In this document: positions 25,351 through 39,237 of the stretch, piece by piece | Position numbering within the stretch: the first letter of the stretch is position 1 | How the letters are laid out: each line of letters opens with the position of its first letter | Assembly: GCA_964016885.1 (NCBI GenBank) | Contig: OZ024742.1 | Span: 343,294,001-343,358,000, forward strand | From: Eledone cirrhosa | Taxonomy: Eukaryota | Length of the DNA: 64,000 nucleotides | Direction: 5' to 3' | Made by a program: the position numbers and the translations under genes | Notes under the pieces: model-generated | Databases searched by the model: none | What the model was told of the DNA's origin: nothing | Seen by the model: the letters and a program-made list of their open reading frames with translations, nothing else

Positions 25351-25841
25351 AAGTGGTTGGTAAATGAATGAAGACAATATTGGTTAAAGATGACCCTTAG
25401 TCTTGCTGGGGACTTTATATCGTCTCTAGTGCTGGTGACACAAGAAAATGCACCTTGTACACCCTGCTAAGTGGTTGGCAAATGAATGAAGACAATATTG
25501 GTTAAAGATGACCCTTAGTCTTGCTGGGGACTTTATATCGTCTCTAGTGCTGGTGACACAAGAAAATGCACCTTGTACACCCTGCTAAGTGGTTGGTAAA
25601 TGAATGAAGACAATATTGGTTAAAGAAGACTCTTAGTCTTGCTGAGGACTTTATATCGTCTCTAGTGCTGGTGACACAAGAAAATGCACCTTGTACACTC
25701 TGCTAAGTGGCTGGTAAATGAATGAAGACAATATTGGTTAAAGAAGACCCTTAGTCTTGCTGAGGACTTTATGTCGTCTCTAGTGCTGGTGACACAAGAA
25801 AATGCACCTTGTACACTCTGCTAAGTGGTTGGTAAATGAAT
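25351..25841 (+). repeat. 118-bp tandem repeat (~4.2 units) related to the RTE/SINE 3' motif
   Basis: aagtgg(t/c)tgg at 25351, 25469, 25587, 25705 and 25823; contains gtgctggtgacac..aaatgcacc..tacac.ctg.taagtggttgg. Confidence 0.9.
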
Positions 25842-26094
25842 GGATGTTACATAAAAACACTGTTTATGTCGCATCATATACTCGTGTGTGTGACAGACTC
25901 CATTGGAAGAAAACAATCTAGAACATTCTATCTACCCCAACCACTTTTTTTTATTACATTGGTGTTCAATCAATTGTAAATAGATAATTAAAGAACGTTT
26001 TTGACAGACCATAGTGTTTATGTGACAGACGGACAAAAGGCCTGTACATTTATTACATTTTGTTTTTCTAATTTTCTTTTTCTTAATTTTGCAG

Positions 26095-27844
26095 ACGATA
26101 AGGAGACTGATGAGTTCTCTGCTCCACTTACCAATTATGATGCTAACAAGAAACAAGAAAGAATTCCCGAGGGTCACCATTCTAAGATGCTTGTACTGAA
26201 ACTACAACGAGAGATCAAAAAAGTTGAACTGTGGAAGAGACTCTACTTCCATAAAAGGTACCATTCAAATGACTCCAACTACTCAGAGAATGCCAGAGAT
26301 GTGAGAAGTTTAAATGAGTTGTTGAAGGAGTTATCATTTGCTGCTTTGAACTTCTCTGGCAACAGCACAGTCACCTTGGAAACTTTAAGGCAACTAATGT
26401 CTTCATCAATGGTAGAACTCTCTCAAACAGCTCAGAATTGGAAAAACTACGTAACTGAAAAACTTCAGAACTTTACAGATAGTCAGAATCAGAAGACTCC
26501 TCATCAGGAAACAAATGAGAAATTAAAGCGACCTTTGTTTAAAAATTTTGATTCGTATGCCAAAAGAATGGTGGACAAACTTCACACCACAAAGGAAAAG
26601 TTACAGAGAAAATTTCAAAAAACAATTGGAAAAATAGGTAGTAAATTAGATAATTTTTTGTTGAAGAATAAGCTTCCAAATTTCTTCAACCTGAAGACAC
26701 AGGAACCAACTGAAGAAATATTGAAACAGTATGAAGGGAGAGATAATCCTGAAACTAGAGAGAGGGTAAACACTGAGAAATATCATTTTAAAAAACCCAG
26801 TCTTTGGAAAAATAAACACGAGGATGGTGTGATAAACACTAGACAGATCATACATACAGTTAATTTAAATAAGGAACCCTCTGTGAATGAAGAATATAGT
26901 TCTAATTCTAAAACCTTTTCTCTTAGTAATGGAGAGAGATGGAAGAAGAGCAAGGAGAAGAGTCAGCAACAACATAGAGAAAGTAAGAAAACTAAACGTG
27001 AAAGGGGTGGCCATTTAAATACAGGGAAGCACAGTGATAAGGGACGTTTGCTTCAACAGAAAAAAAGGGATAGAGGACAATTGTATGATTATAAACAAGC
27101 AAAGGAACACTCACATAAAGAGAGGAATAATAACATTATTAATAATGATAAGGTACGATTATATAGACAGGGTGATAACAAAAAGACTCATTTTCAGGTT
27201 GAAGAAAATGAAGACAAAATACAGAAGGGTAAAGAAAGATACAAGAAATATTCAGCTGGTCAAAGAGTTAAAGAAAAGTACCAAAGTGACCATTTTGACC
27301 AAAAGTATATCAAAGAGAAGAAGAGGAAAAGATCAAATAAGGACAAATACAACTTCCAAAGTTTTTCCAGGAAATCCTCGCAGAAAGAACAACAGGAATA
27401 TTCTGGTAAAAAGTCATCAAAGCGTTCCAACCATTTTGGTGAAAAGCAACATTTGAAATGTAAAAAGAAGTTGAATAATATTGAAAAGAAAATCAAGAAA
27501 GTGTCACAAGAGAATTTCAGTTATATGAAGCACCACAAGGTCCGACAGCTGGCTTTTACTCTGTTTCATTACAACAAGGACTGTCTCCATGAAACCGTCC
27601 AACCAGCGCAGGCATGGTCAATGTGTCAACAGATCTGGTGGGCCCTCTGTTGGCAAGGACTACTCATTGCCAACCCTCCAAACTCTCGCTGTTATAACCA
27701 TTTGTTACCATGGCAATTGGCTGTCACTGCGTCACCAGGTAGTTACATCGGCTGTGATAGCTGTGGTTGCTCTCATTGGTCGGTACACTTTAATGACACA
27801 TATTCTGATAATTCTGAAGAAAAGTTTGGCTGTAACAAAATAGA
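26095..27844 (+). CDS. Host gene large exon (1750 nt, phase 1-2): helical region, Lys/Glu-rich low-complexity region, Cys/Trp-rich C-terminal domain
   Basis: Acceptor ttttgcAG, donor GTAAGT at 27845, 615-aa ORF 26001..27848. Confidence 0.9.
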
Positions 27845-27904
27845 GTAAGTGCAATATTTTACTTGTCTTTTTTCTTTGATAGATTTGGCTGCTCTTCCAC
27901 TCTG

Positions 27905-28153
27905 CACCATGCACAATCTGGGAAGATGGACTTGAAAGTTTAGGTAGCACCATGCCACCATGCACAATCTGGGAAGATAGACTTGAAAGTTTAGGTAGCA
28001 CCATGCCACCATGCACAATCTGGGGAGATGGACTTGAAAGTTTAGGTAGCACCATGCCACCATGCACAATCTGGGAAGATAGACTTGAAAGTTTAGGTAG
28101 CACTATGCCACCATGCACAATCTGGGGAGATGGACTTGAAAGTTTAGGTAGCA
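27905..28153. repeat. 51-bp minisatellite, ~5 units
   Basis: caccatgcacaatctggg(a/g)agat(g/a)gacttgaaagtttaggtagcaccatgc with alternating variants. Confidence 0.93.
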
Positions 28154-28194
28154 TTTTTTGTTCCATGTATGAACATAAATAAATAAATATATTT

Positions 28195-28785
28195 ATAAGT
28201 GGTAGTGCTGGTGTCATGATAAAACACACTCAGACACTCTATCAAGTGTCAGTGCTGGTACCACATGATAAACTACACCCAGTCCACCCTGTAAAGTGGT
28301 AGTGCTGGTACCACAATAAAATACACCCAGTGCACTCTGTAAAGTGGTAGTTTTTTTAGTCTCATGATAAAATACACCCAGTCCACGCTGTAAAGTGGTA
28401 GTGCTGGTATCATGGTAAAGCACAACCTGACACTCTGTAAAATAGTAGTGCTGGTGTCACAATAATATACACTCAGTACACTCTGTAAAGTGGTAGTACT
28501 GGTGCCATGACAAAGCACACTCAGCCCAGTCTGAAAATGGTAGTGTCAGTATCATGATAAAATGCACCCAGCCCATTCTATAAAGTGGTAGTGCTGGTCT
28601 CATAATAAAATGTACCCTGTACATGTTGCAAAGTGGTTGGCATTGGGAAGGGCATCCAACTATAGGAATTCTGCCAAAATATAGAACATATGAGCATGAT
28701 CATCTGTCCTGTACAGATTGTGGCAAGCAACCTATCTGACCAATGCCAGCATGGACAAAAACAAATGTAAAATAAATGGTGATGA
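28195..28785 (+). repeat. Degenerate tandem array (~9 units of ~47 bp) of the RTE 3' UTR motif, ending in an RTE/SINE-type tail
   Basis: Repeated aagtggtagtgctggt..ca..ataaaa.acaccca..cactctgta, then gtggttggcattgggaagggcatcc and caatgccagcatgga. Confidence 0.75.
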
Positions 28786-29667
28786 CATACATACTCTCAC
28801 ACACACATCCTCGTACACATTCACATGCACACATACTCACACACATGTATACACTCACACACACATACATACAGACACACACATACATACTCACACATAC
28901 ACAAACCCACTCATACATACGCTCACACATACTCACACATGTACATATACGCACACAAAAACACACACATACGTACACTCACACACACATACACTCACAC
29001 ACATACATACACTCACACACATGCTTACATACACACACATACATACTGCCACACTGTAATTAAGCTTTTGATAATATCTTCAACATCATTTTCCTCGTCA
29101 TTGGGTGGTTTTCTGCTAGCATGTGTAGTGTGCATATTGATATTATACCCAAATATATATGTATGTAGATATGATACATCAAATAAAATCGTAATTGACA
29201 ATATACACAGAAATTGAAAGGAGAATGTGTTTCACTGTCTTATGTAATAAGTAAAGTAATCCATGATACATTTAAAAAAAAAAAAAGATATTATATATAA
29301 ACTGCATTAGGGCAAAATTTTATGAAAACGAAAAAGGAGAAAATTAGCGACGGAAATATAAACGTTATAATATAACAATGCAAGTATATGAACGTTTATA
29401 TAAGCGATGTGATATAGCGTCCATTATATCATAACCGGAAGTATTGACATTTGAAAATTTTAAAAGTGCATCTTGAAATAAGCAATAAAACTATTTATAT
29501 CTAATCAAGAGTTATGAAATTTAGTACATAAATTATGTAATATTCATTCATTATTTATTCAAAGTAATCCAACTTATTTTACCAACGGGATCAAAAAATA
29601 TATTGAGGACACAGTCCCATACTCCTTACTTTATTATATTATGATTTCTATATTTGTTTTTTTACAG

Positions 29668-29839
29668 TTGCAATGCCAACTATGAGAGGCTTCATCAGGA
29701 GAGAATGCCAATGTCTGGAATGTGGTATTTCAAAGAAGATAATTGGCGCCTGCATCATAACGGCATGGAACCGACATTGGAGGACGAGACAAACTGGTAT
29801 ATAAAGATGATGGAAGCCAGGCAACCCCAGCATCAATAA
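29668..29839 (+). CDS. Host gene last coding exon (phase 2 to stop): DCNANYERLHQ...NWYIKMMEARQPQHQ*
   Basis: Acceptor tttttacAG at 29666-29667; GA+T completes an Asp codon; TAA at 29837-29839. Confidence 0.85.
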
Positions 29840-30109
29840 ATGCACTGAATGAATCATCTCTTGAAGTATCTCATCCATCAGCTTTAATAAGCCTAGCTTA
29901 TGTTGATTATAAGATTATAATCCCCACTATTAAACGCACCATTGGAATGGTTGTGATGACAAACTTGTTAGACAGCTAACTTTCTACATGTTTCATTTAG
30001 TCTTTAAACAACAACTACAACATGTTTAATTAATAATTGATTATATATATTATATATGTAAAGATATATTTCTGGAGACAAATATGATAGCCTTTTAATG
30101 AGGGAATCC

Positions 30110-30152
<43 letters not shown>

Positions 30153-30350
30153 ATGGTGACCACCACTATTGAAAACATCATTGGATTGGTTATGATGAAG
30201 AGCTTGTTAGACAGCCAAATTATTACATGTTTAATTAACCAGCATACACATTAGTGCATAACATTACTTTACAGATGGAATAAGTAATATTTGGTTTCTT
30301 CACCAAACTTTAACAAAACTATGTTTGTGTTATATGGATGTGTGTGTGTA

Positions 30351-30436
<86 letters not shown>

Positions 30437-30939
30437 GAGAGAGAGATGAATATATATATATATTATAGGGAGAGAGAGAGAAAGAGAAACAACATCCCTG
30501 ACACAATATAGATTTTTGATTTGAATGAAAATATTTTTAAAATTCTCCCACTCTTTTCTTTTTCACTCTTACATTTGTATTCCATGATTCATAAATAAAA
30601 ACAAAATTTAGACCATTTTTGACAAATCGTAGCCTTGATGGTCAGATGGACAAAGAGGCTGTAGAGTCATTATAATATCAATGCTATCTCTTAGATATGT
30701 CAACAAATGTATTTCTGAAGGTAAAGCTTCTGCTTTTGGTAAATATAAATATTGTATTTAACCCTTAAGTTTCTAACCCGGCTAAAACTGGTTCTCATCA
30801 TCATCATCATCATCATCATCATCTTCTATGAAATAAAACCAACCATACATTTGTATACATTGATAAATATATTATGAAACACATATATATGTATACATTG
30901 TATACATTGATAAATATATTATGAAACACATACACACCC

Positions 30940-31208
30940 TCCCACTGCAAAGTGGTCATCGAGGTGCCACGGTAAAAAAGCACCCAACCCACACTGTAAA
31001 GTGGATGTGTAGGCACCACGGAAAAGCACCCAGCACTCACTGTAAATGAGGTTGGTGTTAGGAAGGGCATCCAGCTGTAGAAATCAAGCCAGATCAGTTC
31101 CTGTATGAGCAAGGCATGGTCAGCCGACCAGACACTGCCCACAACAGGACAACCTGTCTAACCCATGCTAGCATGGAAGAACGGATGTAAAACGGTGATG
31201 ATGATGAT
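30940..31208 (+). mobile_element. Severely 5'-truncated RTE-B (3' UTR only)
   Basis: Matches ~9655-9915; (TGA)n tail. Confidence 0.88.
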
Positions 31209-31471
31209 ACACACGTACACACACACATACTATATCAGTAGAAAACTGCTCTGTGGGCAGTATTTCTTCTACCATGTAATAATAGATACTGTGTGCTTGT
31301 GTTTGAATGAATGATATAAAGACTCAGATCAGAGATGTTACTTAAACCTGTTGGTAAAGAAGACTCAATAACCTCTCTCTCTCTACTCTGCTGTACTGTA
31401 AAGATTAGAATGTTTACTCATTTGCACGGTACGTGTGGAGGTATGTGATTTCCCATCATCTCATATGGTAA

Positions 31472-31640
31472 CACATAGCAATGTGATTCACATTACATGC
31501 TACCCCATAGCAATATTAATCTCATTATATGCTATCACATAGCAATGTGATTCACATTACATGCTACCCCATAGCAATATTAATCCCATTATATGCTATC
31601 ACATAGCAATGTGATTCACATTACATGTTATCACATAGCA
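31472..31640. repeat. 64-bp tandem repeat (dimer of 32-bp subunits), ~2.6 units
   Basis: cacatagcaatgtgattcacattacatg at 31472, 31536 and 31600. Confidence 0.85.
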
Positions 31641-32140
31641 AATTGATTCATGCTATCATATCTTTAGTTCCTGAAGAAATATATTTGTTGACATATATAA
31701 AGCAGTTAATATTAAGATTATATTTTCAAAAATGAAAGTCCCTTTTATTTCTATGTGTATATATACACACATATATGTATATATATATACACGTGTGTGT
31801 CTAGTTTTAGATCATTCCTTTCTGCATAAGATTCTTTTTTTAAATTCCCAGCCCTTTCAAAATAATCACTCATACACACATATACATATATATAAATATT
31901 ATATACACACACACACACTTGATCTTTTATCTATGGATTTCTACCTATATATATATTTTATAAAGAACCAGGGCTTGACGACTGAGCTCTTGCTGTTTCA
32001 AAAGCTCTGGAACTAGCTGTTGTAACGGCAAGATCTCAGCCGTCAGGCCCCAACTCTTTATAATATAGCTATACTTTACTATCCCAAGTACCGAGTACTC
32101 TGTTGAGTAATGGTCTAACTAGTTTAAAACTGGTCTTCTC

Positions 32141-32196
<56 letters not shown>

Positions 32197-32262
32197 ATGT
32201 ATTATATATATATATGTGTGTGTTTATATTATATATATATATATGCGCATATGTATGTGTGT

Positions 32263-32302
<40 letters not shown>

Positions 32303-33467
32303 TCATCGATGGACGTTAAATGATGATGATATATGTACGGATATATATATATGTAAGTTAATTACTATAATTTTCTTATTTTACGTCTTTTATATAATTG
32401 TTCTACATCTCTTTGTATTGAACCACAAAGTTACTAAGACAAAACCTATATCTTTGCTAGCGTAAGTATACATCTGTATAAATATGTTGGTAGATATACT
32501 AATTCTTTATATATATATATATATATATATATATGAACTTATGTCACTGTGCAACGAAAAATGAAATTCAGCTGGTAAGTCTTACAGAGTTATCTCCTCT
32601 CAACCTTCCTTCAGATAACATATAGACTGGTTCATTCAGTTACCTTTATCACAACATATATATATATATACTTTAACCCAAGCATTTACGACTTAAATTC
32701 TTATTGCCGATTTACTCAAAATAAAAATATTACTTTATTCACAGTTGTATAAATAACATTACAAATTGCTCACAGTTCTTTCAGGATGAAAATATAAACA
32801 CACATAATATGTATAGTCATTTTACTTTGTTAAACACACTAATGATAATAACTCATTGTTTATAATAATATCCTCAACGTTAACAGTAACACAAACAACA
32901 ACAATAACAATACTATACTGATGATAATAATAATAATAATTGTTTCTACTATTGGCACAAGGCCATCAATTATCTCAACAAATATGATAATGATTACTTT
33001 TGTAAAACTAATAAAATATTGCTGCTGACGTGTATGTGTATGTACCTACTATATATAAATATATGTATATATTTATGTATGTACGTATGTATAAATAAAT
33101 AAACATATATATATATATAATTTAAAAAGATATGTTTAGAGAGAGAGAAAGTCATATATTGTTTTGAGAAACACAGTATTTTATACAAATATTTAATACA
33201 AATAATATTCAAGAAAAGTATACATACTTAAGGTGCAAAAAGTAATATCCTGACTACTGTGTCATAGCAACATGTGAATATTATTTGTATTAAATGTGTG
33301 TACAAAATACTATGTGTTTCTCAAATAATATATAACTCTCTCCCTTTAAATTTATCTTTTGAATTATTGATGCTCTGAACTAAGGTACATTGAGCTTATT
33401 TAAAGAGAAACACAGTTATCATACATATTAAATATGTTTTGATACCTTAACTTTAATCTGTTCTTAT

Positions 33468-34277
<810 letters not shown>

Positions 34278-34354
34278 TACCCACTCTACTACCCCAAGTA
34301 TTGAGTACTTTGGTGCGTTATGGTCCACCTGGTTCCTTACCACATTTCCTTCGT

Positions 34355-34510
<156 letters not shown>

Positions 34511-34518
34511 TATATATA

Positions 34519-34554
<36 letters not shown>

Positions 34555-34626
34555 TGTTTCGTCACTATATATATATATATAGTGACGAAACATAAGTCAA
34601 TTGCATGAACTCATAATCCTTCATTT

Positions 34627-34682
34627 ACTGTTATATATATTTCGATGATAGCCATTGAATGGCTATGACCTCATCAGACAGT
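34627..34682 (-). ncRNA. Minimal type I hammerhead ribozyme (Penelope-type)
   Basis: Minus strand: ACUGU-CUGAUGA-GGUCAUAGCCAUUCAAUGGCUAUCAUC-GAAA-U-AUAU-A-UA^ACAGU; 5-bp stem I, long stem II, palindromic minimal stem III. Confidence 0.78.
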
Positions 34683-34741
34683 TAGTCAGTTCTTAGATAT
34701 GCCAGCTCTGTGTGTATAGTGTTGATGGTATCAGAGCCTTG

Positions 34742-34792
<51 letters not shown>

Positions 34793-35258
34793 TATATATA
34801 TATATAAAGAAGATCAGTCTACTTTCAGTAAAAACAGTTTTAATCACTTACAATTTTTTCGGGTAGGCTGTGCTCACCTAAGTATGTATAAAGAAAAATT
34901 ACACTGATATTTTTTGGTATTGTATATATATATAATACCAAGAAATAACAATGCTGTTTTTCTTTTCATCTCAACATAATTGTTTTACATTCCTTACATG
35001 TTTGCACCTTAACTCTACAAGAAATTCTTCAATGTCAAACACTTTCTGATGTTTTTCTAATTAACAATTGAATAAGTTGGAGATATATATTTCGCTTCCA
35101 GTTTTCCAATATTTGGTGTTAAGGTGCTTATCTTGTCTGCATCAGCAGTCACTTCTTCAGTTCTCAGCCATTGTTGCCAAACTTCTTGTTTCGTTCCTAT
35201 ATGTACGCACACACACACACAATCACTCATTCACAAAAAACGTCTGTTGGTATATATA

Positions 35259-35320
<62 letters not shown>

Positions 35321-35658
35321 CACACACACACACATATTTATATATATATGTATATATACACATATACTTTCATTTTTTGAAGTTCAACCTATAATATATA
35401 TAGGATGAAATTAGGAAATGAAAGAATATATATGTATATATATGTTTGTGTGTGTATAATCATAAATATAAATATATATGTGTATATATATACATGTCTG
35501 TAAATGAAAATAAATTGATATTGAAGTTAAACAAATTCAAGAAATAGAATATAATTATTTCTACTTTGGCTGTTTTATATGTGACATATCTACAAATATA
35601 TACATCTTTCTATATATCCATAACCAGGACTATTTATTTTTAGTTCTCTCTCTTTCTT

Positions 35659-35726
<68 letters not shown>

Positions 35727-36451
35727 CACACACACACACACACACATTCCTCTCTATTTATTTATCTATATACACATATATATATATACATACAAAACCA
35801 GCCAGAAACACCCCTATATGAGTGAGACACGGTCACCCGACACAACTTACCTCAAAATAGGACCCGTCTAACCCATGCTAGCATGGAAGATGGATGTTAA
35901 TCAATGATGATGATGACATCTATCCATCTATTTAAATAAATATATATACAAAGTGTATGTATATTTAAACACTCACACACACATATATATATATGTGTCC
36001 ATACACACACATATATATATATGTACATACACACACCTTATTAGGGGTATGAGTTGAGAATATTCATTATAGTTTTTGCAGTGGGTGGAATTAATTTGTA
36101 ATGAAAATTATCCAAAATTAATAAAAAAGAAGAAATTTCCTATTTATTTTCTATAATTTTTCTTTCCCTCCTGCTGTTCTCATTATTTGAACATAAGTTT
36201 TATAGAATCTCTGCAAAAAAGGAACTCCTGGTATGACCCTCAGCCATAAATGCTGGTTGTATATGTCCATTATTTTCTATGTTCTCATTTAATTCCTGTT
36301 TGTTATTATTATTTTTTTTCTTTTGCAGCAATATTCTGTGTGCCTTAAAATATATTTTAGTGTGGTTACAGAATAATAATATCGTCCATCATCACACATT
36401 TTTTAAACATTTATTTATGTTTTATTTTTGTATATATTAACAAGACATGTG

Positions 36452-36490
<39 letters not shown>

Positions 36491-37219
36491 GTATCTATCA
36501 TAGTTATGTTATATGTATAGCTGGTGTCTTTGGTTAGTTTTCTTGGTGTCACACTTTATAACAGTTGTGTTTACTCTGGACCTAATGTTTTTAACTTTCA
36601 ATCCATGGAGTGCTTTGTGATTGCCTCAAACAAATCAAATAATACTTGTACAACAATTAAAACTTCGATTTACAGCTATTATATATATATATATATATAT
36701 CATGGCTGAGCTCTTGCCGTTTCAACAGTTCCATCTAGAACTAGCTGTTTAAATGGCAAGAGTACCTTACTTACTGTGGTTACCCCTGATTAAACCTGGG
36801 ATACACACACATATATATATGTATTTACTCATGACTCGTTAATTTAAACATTTTGTAGTTTTAAAAGTTTATTTAATTATTTTTTTAAAAAAACATTTTT
36901 TACTAATTTATTTTACTTTTTCTTATCTTCCTATTAATTTGCAAATGCTTTAGATAATTATTTTTAATTATTTTTTTATAAACATTTAATAAATATTATT
37001 ATTATTATTATTATTATTAATAATAAATATTATGGTTATTATTTAAAAAATTATTTCTAATGCTACTATTTTTATTTAATAATTATGTCTCATCGAATTT
37101 TTCTTTTAAAAATTTATATTATAAATGAATGCATTATAATAATAATAAAATAATCTAAAAAAAATTATAAAATGAATAATTTGTCTGGAATCATTCTTCA
37201 ACAATACAACAAGAAACAT

Positions 37220-37402
37220 TTAACCCTTCAGCATTTAAACCAGAAATCTCTGACCTCTTTCTGTTCAAACCGACTGTAACTAGCCGCTCATACTGATGTT
37301 AAGGTATAGTTTTCAAAATAAATATCAAAATATCATAGATTCAATATTATGTGAGATCAAGCCTTTACCATGAAAATATAATAGTAAATATAGAGTAATG
37401 TA
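37220..37402 (+). mobile_element. Truncated TTAA/CCCTT-ended MITE (piggyBac-like)
   Basis: Starts ttaacccttcagcatttaaacc; homologous to 47414-47607 and 48276-48450. Confidence 0.6.
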
Positions 37403-38712
37403 CCAGGCAAAAGCACCACTGATGCTCTCTTCCTGGTAAAGCAGCAGCAGGAAAAATACCTTACTAAAAGTAAGCTGCTCTACCTGGCATTTGTTGATCT
37501 GGAAAAAGCTTTTGACAGTACCCTATGCCATAATCTAGTGGGCTCTTAGAAAACTAGGAGTAGATGAGTGGCTTCTGAGAACAGTACAAGCCATGTGTAA
37601 AGGAGCAGTCAGCAAAGTTAGGATTAACAACGAATATAGCGAAGAATTTATTGTGCAGGTTGGCGTCCACCAGGGCTCTGTTCTTAGCCCTCTCCTATTT
37701 ATTATCATACTACATGTAACAGAGGAGTTTAAGACAGGCTGCCAATGGGAACTCCTGTTTGTGGATGACCTTACACACATAGCGGAGTCTATGGTGGAAC
37801 TAGAGAAGAAATTCCAAACATGGAAGCAGGGTCTAGAAACAAGGGGTCTTAAAGTCAACCTGATAAAGACTAAGGTCCTAGTATGTAGAAGAGAAAATAG
37901 AGCCCTGATCCCCTTGGGGAAATGGCCTTGCTCAGTGTGTAGGATAAAAGTAGGTAGAAATTCCATCCTATGTCCCAAATGCAAACTATGGGTACAGAAG
38001 ACATATAGCGGGATCTCACAAAGTTTAGATAAAAATGTAGGTTTTACATGTAGCCACTACAGGGCAGTAAGCAGTAAATGACCACAGGAAACAAGCACTG
38101 CCAAATTCCTGGAAGGTTCAGTAGATGCAGTAGACAGCTTCTGCTAACTGGGTAACCGAATTAGCAGCCAGGTTGTGTGTTCTGAAAGTACAGTGTCCAG
38201 AGTAAGAACAGGATGAAAGATCAGGGAGCTGCTACCACTGTTGGCTACAAAAGGCTTTTCCCTTAGAATGAAAGGCAGACTGTATGATGCATGCATACAA
38301 ACAGCAATGTTACATGGTAGTGAGACCTGGGCATTGTGTGCAGAAGACTTGCGTTGGCTGGAAAGAAATTACGCTTGCATGCTCCGCTGGATGTGTAATA
38401 GTAACTGACGTGAACAGCAAAGCATAAACGAACTGAGAAAGAAACTAGGCATAAGAGGAATCGGATGCAGTATGCAAGAGAGGAGACTGCATTGGTATGG
38501 ACGTGATGCGCATAAAGGATGACAGCTGTATAAAAAGGTGCAGAGCGCTCAAAGTCGATGGAAGCCGTGGAGTGGGAAGACATGGGATGAGGTGATAAAA
38601 GCTGACCTTGTTCAATTGCACCTCCCGAAGATGATGACACAGGACTGGGATCTCTGGTGTTATGAGTAATACAGAAGACCTGCCTTCCTATGGGCACAGG
38701 CTGAAGCAAAAG
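37402..38712 (+). mobile_element. Degenerate RTE (B-related) RT-PHD fragment
   Basis: ORF 37593..38081 with QGSVLSP, FVDD and a decayed PHD. Confidence 0.88.
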
Positions 38713-38784
38713 CATACATATATATATATATATATACACAGACACACACACACACACACATATATATTCACACGCACACATATA

Positions 38785-39124
38785 CATCATCATCATCATT
38801 TCATTTTACGTCCGCTTTTTCCCTGCTTTCAAGGGTGGGACGAGAACTGATTCTGGCTTGATTTCTACGGCTGGATGCCCTTCCTAACACCAACCTCATT
38901 TACAGTGAGTGCTGGGTGCTTTTTTGCCGTGGCACCTCCACGACCACTTTGCAGTGGAATGATAGGGACCCCAGTCCCTATCATCTCATTTCTACAGCTG
39001 AGTAAACTGGAGCAATGTGAAATAAAGTGTCTTGCTCAAGGAAACAACACATCACCCGGTCTGAGAATTGAACTCACCTTTCGATTGCAAGGCCAATGCT
39101 CTACCCACTAAGCCAGGTGCCTCC
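38785..39124 (-). mobile_element. Second copy of the tRNA/CORE-like SINE with RTE-B tail
   Basis: Near-identical to 21022-21358. Confidence 0.82.
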
Positions 39125-39206
39125 ATATATATACACACACACATATATATATATACACACACACACACATATATATTCACACACACACATATACATATAT
39201 ATATAT

Positions 39207-39237
<31 letters not shown>

